Shown here in pieces: positions 9,443 through 21,413 of a stretch of 64,000 bases of DNA. The notes under the pieces were generated by a model. The model was given only the letters and a program-made list of their open reading frames with translations, searched no databases and had not been told where the DNA came from. The stretch comes from a virus, in the IMG/VR virus record IMGVR_UViG_3300029390_000003; one strand, given 5' to 3'. Within the stretch, counting starts at the first letter, position 1. Every line of letters starts with the position of its first letter. The position numbers were made by a program, and so were the translations under genes.

Positions 9443-11875
9443 ATAATTTTACTGAAATTTGGAATTTCTTAGCTTTTTGTCAAGCTTTGTTTCTCTCTCC
9501 GTCATGTAGCGCCAATATACTACCGTATCAGCAACCTCATAATAATCAGTATCATACCACTCACCATTAAATGTGATGCACGCAACGCTTTCTGTTCCGT
9601 CCTTGTATTTTATGATGACATCCTCTGAACACATTCCGTGCTCTGGGACTGGAGGAGTTACGTCTTTCGCGCAAAACCATCGTGCATCGATGCTTTCTTC
9701 TTCGTATGAAACCAACTTTATATTATGATAACAACGCTCGAGTCTATCGCAGATGTCGCCTTTAATGGGGTTGATGTCCTCGTCTCCGTTTTCATCAACC
9801 AGAAGTTCAAGTGTTACTTTCTTCATGCTCGTTCTCCGTTAAATAACGCCAATAATCAGGTGACTTCAAGTACGTCATCACGCCGTCAGGCATCCAATTG
9901 CCATATTTTGAGTACCACACTTTAACTTCTCTCTCGCCGTATTTTGCCATAACGGTGCTACAAAGTTTTGGGAGATTCACCGCTGGGATATTCCAGTCAT
10001 CTAACTCTACTTCCGGCCAGTCGATTCTAGCTCCGCAGTTACCACAGTAACCATTACGGTTACCATCTTCATTAAAGAGATATTCACCGCTGCCACAGCA
10101 CTGGCAGGCAATAATACCTTTTTCTGCAAAAGGATTGTTAATCATTTTTAGCCTCGATTTCTTTCCATCCAATGAAATCACAAATACAAAGCTTCTCTGG
10201 ATCACACCGATGAAGCAGGAATTTGTTCTGTCCAGAAAGCCTAGACCCGCCAGACACTTCAACGGGTTTACACCCATCTTGAAACATTCCTGAAAGAGTC
10301 CATTTCTCAGCAATAGATAAATCAACATCATTTTTAATGATATCGCGATTGCATCCACGGCATTTAAAGATTTTTACGTATTTCTTCTCCATATTACCTC
10401 AGTACCCTTATCATCGGCAGTGTCGTTTTTCATATCATCAAAGAAAGATTCATAATCAAACCACTTATCCTCAAGAATATTGCCGATAATTTTTACTGTA
10501 CTACCCCAGCCTTTAGTTGCCACACGGATATACTTGTCTTTCATGTTCTCGTACTTATCGCAGCCAACAGTGTCCATGATTCGCATGATGGCTTCCATAC
10601 CAGAAGCATATCCTTTGAAAGTTTTTGCTCCTACATATCCTTTACCAAGAACATATCCTCCATAGCAAACGCCCCATCCATGACCATCCAACGTCAAATC
10701 AGAAGTCAAAACTCCATGATCGGCCATGTTAAGGCTAACATTCTTGATTTGTGCATTTCGGATCTCGTATCCTTCAGCTTCAAGCAGCTTTTCTGTCCGC
10801 TTCTTCATTTTGTCTCCTGTTATTTAACGTATCTACGTTATAAATTTGATAGAATTTTACGATAAAACGGCACTTTTATCAAGGTTCATTTTCCCTCTCT
10901 ATAATGCCGGACATTTCCATAATTTCAAAGAAATCATCCATTAAAGCTTCTGCCATCTTTCTGGAGATTTTAGGAAGTTTTAAACCGAAATCCTTGAATG
11001 CACAATTAAGGCAACCCCAAGGCGCTAGAACAAATTTTTCATCATCGTCTTTGGAATTGATGTTTTCATAGATAACGCTATCGTCTTCCACCTCAGCCAC
11101 CTGCCTTTTCTGCGTTGTGAATCATGCAGTTCATGTTAGGATGCGCCTTCTCAAAGCGATGATGTGCCTTATTCATAGCGTCATTCTGATCCTGCGCCTT
11201 TACCATATATGTATTGAATGCCTGATTCCCATCATCGTAATACATTACTTCAACAGACCAATAATCCATATAGCTCCTTTCATGCCACCACACCCACCCT
11301 ACTAGTTTATTTATTTACCTCGGCTACCTTTGATAAAACATTCAAGCAAAATCAGTATCAGCCAGATACCGGTTGCTACTTTGATGGTAAACATAATATT
11401 CAGCAGCTTAAAAATCAGCCAGATAATACCGATCGTGGTAATCCACGAGATAAAATATGTAGCCACAAAAATCAGAATGATTCCAAGAAAAGAACCAAGT
11501 GCCTTAAAGAATTTCTTCCATGCGTTTATGTTAATCACCTTCTTTCAAAAATTTTCATTTTATAGTTCCTTTTTAATGCACTGGTTGGTCAGTTTCTTGT
11601 ACACATCCTCATACAGTTCCTGTTTATCACCGTTGTAGGTGTACTCAGCATAGATACCGTCACCGCTGACGGTGGTAGAAAGCAGCGCCTTGTAGTTCTG
11701 GAGCGTCTTGCAACTCCAAACCACAAAGACGTTCTCCAGCGTAATTTTATTGGACATATGATCGTTATACCACTTAACCAGTGCGTTCTTACAAACGCTC
11801 TCGTAATGTACCATACCTGTAATAATCATAATTAAGCCTCCTTTTTGAACACGAATGTAATCCAATAGATGTTAT

Positions 11876-12727
11876 TTACTCACCCTTGGTAACGACTGTA
11901 TCTGCGCCCTGAACGGTGATCCAACCATGCTTCAGACGAGCTTCTGCTTCCTTCATCTGAATCAACTCAGGAGTGATAGACTCGGAAAGCACCTTATTCG
12001 CATCAGCCTCAGCCTGTGCTTCAATCATCTTAACATCAGCTTCCGTCTGTGCCTTAACCTTATCAGTCTCTGCCTGAGCTAGGGCGGTCTGCTTATTCAG
12101 CTCTGCAATCTCTGCGTCCTGCTTCGCCTGCTCCTTTGCGCGAATCTTCTGCATCAATGTATCGTCAGGCTGTGCGTCAACAATCAGTGCAGAAGAAACA
12201 TTGATACCATATTCTGCGGTCAGCTTCTCATTCAGATAATCGGTGATTGCAGTATTAACACCTGCACGATCATCAGAGTAAATCTGCATGACACTGAACT
12301 GAGGAGTGACTTCCTTAACATAAGCAATAATGTCGTTCTGGATTTTACTCTCCATCAGGCTCTCGCCGTCCATACCACCAAACTTGGTGTACAGTTCAAC
12401 AACATGTTCCGGCAGGAAGTTATAATTGACAGTCAGGTTGATTGCAATTGTACCGCCATTAGCAGGGGCATCGATATGCCAATCTGCGTGTTCCTTTGCG
12501 CCATAGTCGGACGGAGCATTAGAGAATACCACTCGCTGCTGAGTAATCGGGAACTCAGATACATGCTTCAGAGGACTCATAAAGTGCCAGCCCTGAGAAA
12601 TGGTCTGCTGCTCAACTCCCTTTGCGGAGTAAACAACACCAACATAACCAGTATGTACCCGCTCAGTACAAAGCACTGCACCAACTGCAACGAGGAATGC
12701 AACAAAAATTGCCATAAATTTCTTCAT
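11876..12727 (-). CDS. SPFH/band-7 (prohibitin/HflK-like) membrane protein.
   Basis: It has an N-terminal signal anchor and an SPFH core. The C-terminus is a coiled coil (KIRAKEQAKQDAEIAELNKQTALAQAETDKVKAQTEADVK). Confidence 0.7.
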   Translation of the reverse strand: MKKFMAIFVAFLVAVGAVLCTERVHTGYVGVVYSAKGVEQQTISQGWHFMSPLKHVSEFPITQQRVVFSNAPSDYGAKEHADWHIDAPANGGTIAINLTVNYNFLPEHVVELYTKFGGMDGESLMESKIQNDIIAYVKEVTPQFSVMQIYSDDRAGVNTAITDYLNEKLTAEYGINVSSALIVDAQPDDTLMQKIRAKEQAKQDAEIAELNKQTALAQAETDKVKAQTEADVKMIEAQAEADANKVLSESITPELIQMKEAEARLKHGWITVQGADTVVTKGE

Positions 12728-13198
12728 AAGTATCTCCTTAATCTTTGTAGTTATCTTTCAAAACGTAATAGGCGATAACCCATACAATCACAAAGAAAAC
12801 AATGATTTCTTTCATATGTAATCCCACCAACCCACCACTTGTATTCAAATTTTACTTCATACTCTCTTCGAGTTCTTTGTAGCTGATTCCACTTGTCAGT
12901 CCCGGAGACTCTTCACTATCCGTTCCTTTGAAATGCGCTCCAACAACACTAGGATGCAAATATTCAATCATTGCAAAATTAGCAACATCAATGAGCCATT
13001 CTGTATTTCCTGTCTCTAAATACTTTTTGACTCTTGGATAAATTTCCTTTACAGCTTGAGCCAAATCTGGATATGTCTGATTCATCCAACCATATTTATA
13101 ATGAGATACCAAAATACGATTCTGCATCTTTTTAACAAAACCATTATCCCAATCTCGCTCTAAAATCTGTTGTGTAGTATCCATATTTTATCCTTTGT

Positions 13199-15394
13199 TT
13201 AGTTATCGCTCAAATGAACCACACGATCCTTGATCTCCTGCGTGCGTCCCTGGTTCCAGAACTGAGTCCCAATAAAACCGCAGGTACGTCGTGCAACATT
13301 CAGTTTATTCTGGTCACGATTACCACAGTTCGGGCATTCCCAAATGAGCTTGCCGTTATCTTCAACAATCTTAATCTCGCCGTCATAGCCACAAACCTGA
13401 CAATAATCAGACTTGATGTTCAGCTCTGCGTAGATAATAGTGTCGTAGATGTATTTGATGACACTCATCACAGCGGGGATGTTGTTGGTCATGTTCGGGC
13501 ATTCAATATAAGAAATCGCTCCTCCGGGAGACAGCTGCTGAAACTCAGACTCAAACTTCAGCTTCTTGAATGCATCAATATGCTCACGAACCACGACATG
13601 ATAGCTATTGGTGATGTAATCATGGTCGGTTACATCTGGAATGATGCCGAACCGCTTCTGCAGGCACTTGGCGAACTTGTAGGTGGTGGATTCCAGCGGG
13701 GTGCCGTAGAGACTGTAATCAATATTTTCTGCTGCCTTCCACTCACTGCACTTGTCGTTCATGTGTTGCATAATCTCAAGAGCAAAAGGTTTTGCTTCAT
13801 CATCAGTATGGCTCTTACCGGTCATGTACTTTACGCATTCATACAGACCTGCGTAACCTAAACTGATGGTTGCATATCCGTCAAACAGCAATTTATCAAT
13901 CTTCTCGCCCTTCTTCAAACGTGCGATTGCACCATGCTGAAAATGAATTGGACTCACATCAGAAGGCGTACCCATCAATCGCTTATACCGAATCTGAAGT
14001 GCTCGATGGCACAGTTCAAGACGCTCATCAAAAATTTCCCAAAACTCAGAAACATCCTTCTTAGAGCTACAAGCAACATCTACCAGATTGATGGTGACAA
14101 CACCGGCATTAAAGCGACCATAGTACTTGTGGCCCTTCTCCCAATTCATGGCACCAGAAACATTCTCGGTGGTTCGATCAGGAGTCAAGAAGCTGCGACA
14201 TCCCATACAGGGGTAGCAAGCACCTTTGTACTCCAACATCTTCTTCTCAGAAATGTAGTCAGGTACAAATCTCTTGGCCGTACATTTAGCTGCCAGTTCA
14301 GTCAGATAGTAATACTTAGAATTATCTCGAATGTTATCTTCTTCCAGCACATAAATCAGCTTTGGGAAAGCCGGAGTAATCCATGCACCAGTCTCATTCT
14401 TCACGCCTTTAATACGCTGACGAAGGACTTCTTCAATGATAATTGCAAGGTCATCACGGGTCTGGCCTTCAGGAACTTCATCCAGATACATAAAAATAGT
14501 AATAAAAGGAGCTTGCCCGTTAGTGGTCATCAAAGTAATAACCTGATACTGAATAGTCTGAACGCCTGCAACGATTTCTTTATGTAAACGCTTCTCTACA
14601 ATTCGATTGATAGTCTCCTGATTTGGCATCTTGTCAATCTCATTGTTTTGAATCATGTCGTAAAACTCCTCATGGACTTCACCCGTAATCTTCTTTCGAG
14701 AGACGTCCACGAAAGGAGCCAAATGAGACAGAGTAATACTCTGACCACCATATTGGTTGGAAGCAACCTGTGCAATAATCTGGGTTGCAATATTGCACGC
14801 TGTAGAGAAACTATGTGGTTTGTCGATTCCAGTGCCAGAAATCACAGTGCCGTTTTGAAGCATGTCTTCCAGATTGACTAGCGAGCAGTTAAACATGTGC
14901 TGGGCAAAATAGTCGGAATCGTGAAAATGAATTCGGCCATCATAGTGAGCGTCCACAATATCTTTCGGGAGAAGCAGATTGAAGCTCAGATCTTTGGAGA
15001 CCTCGCCAGCCATATAGTCACGCTGCACGCTATTCACAACAGGATTTTTGTTGCTGTTTTCCTGCTTGACCTTCTCATTGTCTACATCACAGATGGAAAG
15101 AATTTCGCCATATGCTCGCTGTTTCTCACGAATCTCCTGCCGAAGAATACGCCAGTGACTATAAGCGTCAGCCACATCCGAAAGAGGGCTATTTTTCAAC
15201 TGGTCAATAACCACATCCTGAATCTGCTCTACAGACATCGTATCATGGATGTCCGCGATGTAGTCTGCAATAGCGTTAGATACGCGAGAATCAACTCCTC
15301 CAGTCGTATTCGTCATTGCCTTCTCAATCGCATTTACAATCTTACTTTTATCAAAAGGAACTTTCGTTCCATCGCGTTTAATCACATATTCCAT
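13199..15394 (-). CDS. nrdD: Anaerobic ribonucleoside-triphosphate reductase, class III (start at the internal MEYVIKRDG).
   Basis: There is an ATP-cone at the N-terminus, then the large catalytic domain. The C-terminal Cys cluster (CQVCGYDGEI...CPNCGN) and the glycyl-radical motif RRTCGFIGTQFWNQGR are present. Confidence 0.9.
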   Translation of the reverse strand: MEYVIKRDGTKVPFDKSKIVNAIEKAMTNTTGGVDSRVSNAIADYIADIHDTMSVEQIQDVVIDQLKNSPLSDVADAYSHWRILRQEIREKQRAYGEILSICDVDNEKVKQENSNKNPVVNSVQRDYMAGEVSKDLSFNLLLPKDIVDAHYDGRIHFHDSDYFAQHMFNCSLVNLEDMLQNGTVISGTGIDKPHSFSTACNIATQIIAQVASNQYGGQSITLSHLAPFVDVSRKKITGEVHEEFYDMIQNNEIDKMPNQETINRIVEKRLHKEIVAGVQTIQYQVITLMTTNGQAPFITIFMYLDEVPEGQTRDDLAIIIEEVLRQRIKGVKNETGAWITPAFPKLIYVLEEDNIRDNSKYYYLTELAAKCTAKRFVPDYISEKKMLEYKGACYPCMGCRSFLTPDRTTENVSGAMNWEKGHKYYGRFNAGVVTINLVDVACSSKKDVSEFWEIFDERLELCHRALQIRYKRLMGTPSDVSPIHFQHGAIARLKKGEKIDKLLFDGYATISLGYAGLYECVKYMTGKSHTDDEAKPFALEIMQHMNDKCSEWKAAENIDYSLYGTPLESTTYKFAKCLQKRFGIIPDVTDHDYITNSYHVVVREHIDAFKKLKFESEFQQLSPGGAISYIECPNMTNNIPAVMSVIKYIYDTIIYAELNIKSDYCQVCGYDGEIKIVEDNGKLIWECPNCGNRDQNKLNVARRTCGFIGTQFWNQGRTQEIKDRVVHLSDN

Positions 15395-15405
15395 GCAATC
15401 ACTCC

Positions 15406-16182
15406 TTAATCTTCCAACCAACGATTTTCTGCCACATAGAAAGCTCCAACCGCAACTACCATCAATACGACCCAGAATACCCAAAACCAAATCACTCGTG
15501 TACCAGCTGCAGAAATCATATAATCTCGTGCTTCTTCGATGTTTTTATCCTTAATGAATTGTGCATCATGTATACTTTTATCGCTCAAATTCGCGTATAA
15601 TGTACCACCATAACGAACATCTTTGACATAAAACTCGAACTTTACATGAGAACTGACTTGTACAGTGGTCAGGTACTTGCTGGATGGCATTTTGATGTCA
15701 CCATACTTAAATTCTTTTCCCAGAAACGTTACATTTTTGGAACTGTGCTCTTCTGAGCTGTAATAGTCCCAAGTCCAGTACGTTTCGACTCTTGTTCTTG
15801 TATGGCCTTTACCATCCGTAGTAGTGACAGTTCGTGTATGCATCGTATAGTGCTTTTCTTCGCAATAGATGTACATCCACTGGCCGTCGATACGTGGATC
15901 GCTTACGGTATCTACTGCTTCTAGTGCGCCTTGGCAAAACGCATTACCTACGTTGGTTCTCATTCCATAATCGAACATATTTTCGGACTCAATCGAAATT
16001 GCTGTATTATATTCTTTTTTCTGCTCAAGTGAATCTCTGGTGATATTTCCAGCGATAACGCTACCAAGTATCAGCATAATGAACACAATACCAACACTGA
16101 CGATCAATTCACGATAAGTAATTTCGGCATTACCGATTTCCAAAAAGGTTACCGACTGCCGGTGCCGCCTCATTCCCCTCAT
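15406..16182 (-). CDS. Membrane protein, possibly a partner of LemA (TPM/DUF2207-like position).
   Basis: It has an N-terminal transmembrane helix and a C-terminal multi-helix hydrophobic block (VIWFWVFWVVLMVVAVGAFYV). It lies directly downstream of lemA. The start is uncertain. Confidence 0.35.
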   Translation of the reverse strand: MRGMRRHRQSVTFLEIGNAEITYRELIVSVGIVFIMLILGSVIAGNITRDSLEQKKEYNTAISIESENMFDYGMRTNVGNAFCQGALEAVDTVSDPRIDGQWMYIYCEEKHYTMHTRTVTTTDGKGHTRTRVETYWTWDYYSSEEHSSKNVTFLGKEFKYGDIKMPSSKYLTTVQVSSHVKFEFYVKDVRYGGTLYANLSDKSIHDAQFIKDKNIEEARDYMISAAGTRVIWFWVFWVVLMVVAVGAFYVAENRWLED

Positions 16183-16687
16183 AGGACAGATACTCATAAT
16201 TCTGAACCTCATATCCAGTCAGACCAAGCAGAAATGAGTTCGGAAACTTACGAACGCTCTGCTTATATTCCTTCACGACACGATTGTAATCGCCACGATA
16301 GTTTGCAATCAAATTTTCAGTGACGGATAGCTCATTCATAAGCTCCTTGTAGTTGTCGCTAGACTTCAGTTCAGGATATGCTTCCGCAATAGCTGCAATC
16401 TGAGTCGTAATCTCTTGAGCGGTCTGGCCGGAAGTGCCACGAGCATTCACAACATCCATCAAAGTCTGATACTCATGTTGGTCATAAGCCTTGACGGTTT
16501 CAACCAGATTTGGAATCAGATCAGCTCTGCGCTTCTCCTGATTCCCAATGCCAGACTTAGCTTCCTGAATCTGCTCTTCATAAGAGATGGCCGTGTTCTT
16601 AGGTCCCTGCACAATAAAGGTCATGCCAAGAATGGAAATTAACACGACACAAATAACGATAATAGGTAACTTCCAGTTGTATCTCAT
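16130..16687 (-). CDS. lemA: LemA-family membrane protein.
   Basis: It has an N-terminal transmembrane helix and the LemA pattern NQEKRRADLIPNLVETVKAY...VVNARG. Confidence 0.7.
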   Translation of the reverse strand: MRYNWKLPIIVICVVLISILGMTFIVQGPKNTAISYEEQIQEAKSGIGNQEKRRADLIPNLVETVKAYDQHEYQTLMDVVNARGTSGQTAQEITTQIAAIAEAYPELKSSDNYKELMNELSVTENLIANYRGDYNRVVKEYKQSVRKFPNSFLLGLTGYEVQNYEYLSYEGNEAAPAVGNLFGNR

Positions 16688-16700
16688 TTATGTAAACCTC

Positions 16701-17231
16701 TTAAAACTTGACTTCATCGACATGGACTTTAGAGTTCAGCATCGAATGGTCAACCTTATTAACTCCTTTGTTATTCGGAGACATAGCATCATTATGAACA
16801 CTCGGAACCACGGCAGTTTCGATGTTCTGCTCGTATGCGTTTGGACGATAAACACAATCGTTTACCCAACAATTAAGTCTAGGATCGTAAAAATTTCCTT
16901 GGCTGTCTTTTTTCGGCATCGTAGCCAGCTTATCATTTGCCTCATCAGGAATCTTCTTGAGCGTATCTACGACACTTTCGGCAATCTTCTGCTGTTCCTC
17001 TAAAAGCCGGATTTTATAGTCCAAATACCAACGTGCCTTCGTTAAATCTTGAAGCTGAGAATTACCATCTTTGTGCCCTGCCCGACTCAGATACTTACCA
17101 ACATTCCAAAGATAAGCATCCTTGTCCAGTTGCCACTCTCGCAGTACTTTGATGGCCTCGTAGGGATTGTCTGCACCGCCGTAATAAGACGGGTGCTCGA
17201 CGTTCTTCTTAATTTCGTCAAGTGTTTGCAT
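16701..17231 (-). CDS. DUF3310-like phage protein.
   Basis: VEHPSYYGG...EAIKVLREW...GNVGKYLSRAGHK...DLTKARWYL matches my recollection of the DUF3310 pattern, which is common next to thymidylate synthase in phages. Confidence 0.45.
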   Translation of the reverse strand: MQTLDEIKKNVEHPSYYGGADNPYEAIKVLREWQLDKDAYLWNVGKYLSRAGHKDGNSQLQDLTKARWYLDYKIRLLEEQQKIAESVVDTLKKIPDEANDKLATMPKKDSQGNFYDPRLNCWVNDCVYRPNAYEQNIETAVVPSVHNDAMSPNNKGVNKVDHSMLNSKVHVDEVKF

Positions 17232-18009
17232 TTAATGCCTCCTGTTTCAGTTTGTCGTATTTATCACGAATCTCGTGGAGCTTACCACAAGACATCATAC
17301 CTTCAGTACAACCGTTACCACAGCAGTTGGGGCCAGCACACTTAAACAGATGAGGAGCAATCGGATAGACAAGCTTTAGCATCTCAGTTGCAAGTTCCCT
17401 GATTTCAGACTGTGCACGTTCACAGCAACGCAGATTAAAGAAATTATTCAACGAACGAGCGTTCATTGTAACAATCATCTTTGTAGAACAAGCATTTGGA
17501 AGAACAGAACGTGCATTCTCATTTGCAATCTTAGATGCCTTTGCACGTGCCTTTTTCTCAGTCAAACGAGAATCAGCAACCATCAGTTCCTCAGTAATCT
17601 TGTCCTCAAGAATCTGGCACAGGTGCTTATAGGAATATTCAGCAGTCTGAATTGCCTGTTCAAATACCTCTCTTGCTTCGCTATCATCGTCAATAACATC
17701 AGGAATGATGATTTCAGCATTATTCATTCGCACATAGCGCTGACTCTGCACACTGAACGATGCAATGCGATGCCTAGTAATCTGGGCAAGCAAAGACCGG
17801 CTCACACCTTCAATTCCAAAAGTAAAAGTCACATGCTCCGTAGGGCTAGCGTGACCAAGGCTAGAAAGCCGATTCAGAAACTCATCGACCTTCTCATCGG
17901 TCAGTCCATCCATCAGATCCTGAATACTCGAATTGGAGTAACACAGTTTTGCGGCTGCAGCTACTACCTTTTCAGGATCAGGAGTATGTGTAATCAGTTT
18001 AACTACCAT
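17218..18009 (-). CDS. thyX: FAD-dependent thymidylate synthase.
   Basis: The ThyX signature RHRIASFSVQSQRY (RHRxxSxxxxSxR) is present. The N-terminus MVVKLITHTPDPEKVVAAAAKLCYS is typical. Confidence 0.9.
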   Translation of the reverse strand: MVVKLITHTPDPEKVVAAAAKLCYSNSSIQDLMDGLTDEKVDEFLNRLSSLGHASPTEHVTFTFGIEGVSRSLLAQITRHRIASFSVQSQRYVRMNNAEIIIPDVIDDDSEAREVFEQAIQTAEYSYKHLCQILEDKITEELMVADSRLTEKKARAKASKIANENARSVLPNACSTKMIVTMNARSLNNFFNLRCCERAQSEIRELATEMLKLVYPIAPHLFKCAGPNCCGNGCTEGMMSCGKLHEIRDKYDKLKQEALNANT

Positions 18010-19955
18010 TCAACTCTCCTTAATATTCGTCCTGCCAGTTTTCAGGAATGTCGTTCTCACCAATTACGATGCAATTTTTAGGTGCAACATTCGTTGTGTA
18101 CTTTCCGTCTTGAACTTTAATCATTACGTTCATAATGGCGACAACTTTACGAATACTCCAAAGAACTCCGCGACCATTTCGAGTTCTAGCTCTAAGCACT
18201 GTATCGCCAACATGAATCTCTCTATTAAGAATATCGGTTACCATTTAATCCTCCTTTACTTTAGAAGTGCAAACTTAAACCAATCTGGAAAATTGGATAC
18301 TGAAATCCCATACTTGATAAGGCAAGACAACATCCACAACGCAATCATGATTCCGACCGCAATAAGATAATCCTTAAAAATCTTAATGAAAGCGATCCAC
18401 ATTTTAATCGTATCTTTCACTTACCTCACCTCTTTCAATCAGTTCATCAACAGTAACATCTCCGCAGAGAACATGTCTAAGTTGCTCTTCTGACAGCTGA
18501 TATGTAATCGGCTCTCCACACTCGGTAGGATATCGAGCCAAGGTTCTGTAATATTCTGCAAGGGCTCGTTCTTTACGCCCCTGCTCACGATGGTCAATAC
18601 CAATCATATCACCCCACCTCCTTCCTTAAATTCTTCACTCTTACCGGTCACGACATATACATCATCTTCGAGATCTTCTTTGAGAATTTTTACGATATTA
18701 AATGGTTGTTGGAATGGGTCACCTTTATCTGTACATACAAGATAATAAGTATCCGTTTCCCATATCACATCATAAAAATACCCTTTTCGCATTAAAATGA
18801 ATTGATTCATGCACTCCACACAATAACAAGCATGATAGTTCGTCCTGAAGTACATCTGCTTCATTAGGACTCCTTGTAGGGTTCCATATCACCCTTCCAA
18901 ATCTGGAAATAAGGATGTGCGTCAATGCCGTAAACCTGACCCTTCATACCTGTACTGGTGATTTTGTAAGGTTTTCCGTCCTCAAGGCTATTGATAAAGT
19001 CCTGATACTGAGGACTCATCTTAAAGAAATCTTTCTTACCCTGAATTCTCTTTACCTTAATAGTGACCTCATCACCAATCTTTGGTTCCCATTCCTCTGC
19101 GGGCATTCCAGCCAGAAAGTCGGGACCACCAGCTTTCTTGATTCGCCGGGCAAGGATTCGTGCCTTACGCTGCTCTCTGCGCCGGTCTTCTCGGTTCATT
19201 GAATTACTCATATTCTGTTCCTTTCAGCTTATCAAAGTAGGGATCGCCGTCTCGCTTCTCTAATAAGTTGAGCTCCCCGGCGGAGCCTACAGAATACAAA
19301 CGAAAATTTTTAAAAATCTCAGCACCTTTAATAGTGGCTAGAGATGTAATTATGTACAATATATTGTGTTCATCTGTGCCATCCGTAAGTTGAACTTCAA
19401 GTCGTTCTTTCTTTGGGATGGCTAATTTTCGGAAATCATTCATCATTTATCCGGCATTACATAAACATTCTCACTGCCATCACAGCAATAACTGGCGAAA
19501 ATATCACCAAGAATGTATTTACACCTTTCTTCTGAATCGTACTCACCAAGAGTAATTCCACGTCCATGCGCATCCTGCCTTGCAAAAACCTGAAGACTAG
19601 CAGTATCAATAATCGCCATACAATCGAGATTCACAATTCTTTTGTCTTGCGTTAAAAGTAGCATTTTACACCTCACAAATCAGCAAGCTGTGCAGGAGAC
19701 AAGATATCTGGAATATCCCAATCTTCTTCCGATTTTCCGTTATAAATTCCGTAGAAATATCCTTCGGATGGTACATAGACGATTCGTTGCCAGCCATTCA
19801 TGCCATGTGACACCTTTGGCTCAAAATCACGAGTCAAAATTCTACGTCCACCGCTGTTATAAGCGGATGTCTTTGGAGGAACCTCGACGCATTTGTTATC
19901 AAGAATCCGAAGAATGTGTTTAATGGACTTCTTAGAAAGATTCATAGCTTTCTCC

Positions 19956-21269
19956 TTAGCCGTAGCTTACTTCGTTCTTATCATCTCGGAATCGCACAAA
20001 TGTCGGGAATTGCAGAGACTCAAGACCAGTCTTTTTGTCACAGCTCTTTTCCTTGAACTTTACTTCCACAATCTTACCGATGTAATTATCAGGATTTTCC
20101 CACACAGCAGCTCTCGTAGCGTCATCAAATCCAGAGCCTACTCGAAGCTCGTTGCCCTTGTAGTCAACAACAAGAGCGCCCATCGTACCAGCCAGACGGT
20201 TCTGACCTTCTTCAATCGCAGTGATTCGCAGATCGACCGTATAGAATCGTTTTACCTTCAAGCAACCATTGTGACGAGTGCGGCGATATGGAACCTGCCG
20301 GTTCACAACCAACCCTTCCCAATCGTGTTTAACCGCATAATCGAGCCAATCATATACATCATTCACATCAGTACCTTCGTAGACCATCTGGACCACTTCG
20401 ATATTCTGTGTGCCGTTCTTCTGGATCTTGTTTTTCAGATCGAGCAGCCGTTTCTTTCTTACTGAGTAATTCTCTGTGCAAGCATCCCTCTCAAATTCAT
20501 CAATCGGCACAATATCAAAGATGACAAATTTAATCAGGCTCTTGTCGTTGCCATCGCTATTCAAGATAGAGATTGTCTCGCGGAAGTTTTGCCCATCAGT
20601 TAATCCGTCGATATTCCGTCGAATCAGCTCGCCATCAACTGCGTAATCAGTGCCAATGATTTTTTCAATGTCCTTGATGATATAGTCAAGTCCCTCGAAC
20701 TTCTGTGCCTGGCGAGAGATTATATCGCCCTTAAAATATGTACCTCTCGATCCATTGAGTTTGCGCGAGGCAAAAATCAATTCACCTTTTCTGAATTTAT
20801 ATTTATCAATCGGGTATCCCTGCTGAACCTCCCAGACAGGAATTATCTCTTCGCCATATACCTTATTAATGGTAGCCGCCTCGACTCCAATTGGCAGGTT
20901 CTTAGTAAACAGTCGTTTCAGAAACTCTTCATATTCAGGATTTTTATGTAAATAATTCTGGATTGTTGCGATGGATGCGTCGGAGCCGGTGTTGTGACCA
21001 GCACCCATAATATAAAGGTATCCGCAGCTGAGATACTGAATGTCGATATCAGGCATTGCAGTTACCTTCTTATTGATTTTTGCATCAGACAGACCAGTAA
21101 TAATTGCCGGATCAAGCAGGAATCGAAAGAATGCCATCAACTCATCAGCTTCATCTCCAAAATCCTTACGTGCATCCAGCAAAATGCGGGTCTTGTCCGT
21201 CTTTTTCTTTGCTTTCTGCAATGCTTTAACCATCGCATCAAGCTTACCTATAAGCTCTTTATCTGTCAT
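19956..21269 (-). CDS. ATP-dependent DNA ligase (start at the internal MTDKELIG).
   Basis: The adenylation motif I is KLNGSRGTY (KxNGxR). The nucleotidyltransferase and OB-domain organisation is present. GGAGG lies 4 nt upstream of the ATG at 21269, and the 18-bp motif lies just upstream of that. Confidence 0.75.
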   Translation of the reverse strand: MTDKELIGKLDAMVKALQKAKKKTDKTRILLDARKDFGDEADELMAFFRFLLDPAIITGLSDAKINKKVTAMPDIDIQYLSCGYLYIMGAGHNTGSDASIATIQNYLHKNPEYEEFLKRLFTKNLPIGVEAATINKVYGEEIIPVWEVQQGYPIDKYKFRKGELIFASRKLNGSRGTYFKGDIISRQAQKFEGLDYIIKDIEKIIGTDYAVDGELIRRNIDGLTDGQNFRETISILNSDGNDKSLIKFVIFDIVPIDEFERDACTENYSVRKKRLLDLKNKIQKNGTQNIEVVQMVYEGTDVNDVYDWLDYAVKHDWEGLVVNRQVPYRRTRHNGCLKVKRFYTVDLRITAIEEGQNRLAGTMGALVVDYKGNELRVGSGFDDATRAAVWENPDNYIGKIVEVKFKEKSCDKKTGLESLQFPTFVRFRDDKNEVSYG

Positions 21270-21282
21270 AAAACCTCCTTGC

Positions 21283-21300
21283 GTATCCTGTGTTATATAG
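21283..21300 (-). promoter_or_regulatory. 18-bp conserved motif, copy a, 14 nt upstream of the ligase start.
   Basis: GTATCCTGTGTTATATAG on the + strand, CTATATAACACAGGATAC on the gene strand. It is followed by gcaAGGAGGttttATG. Confidence 0.6.
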
Positions 21301-21351
21301 TTGTAGCTAATAAAGAAAGGCTTGTCGTTACGAGCAAGCCATTTCTTTCCC

Positions 21352-21369
21352 GTATCCTGCATTATATAG
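21352..21369 (-). promoter_or_regulatory. 18-bp motif, copy b (left arm of the inverted pair).
   Basis: GTATCCTGCATTATATAG. Confidence 0.6.
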
Positions 21370-21413
21370 CTAAAGAGAGAATTTTAAGCCTCCGGGATGG
21401 AGACTTTTTATAG

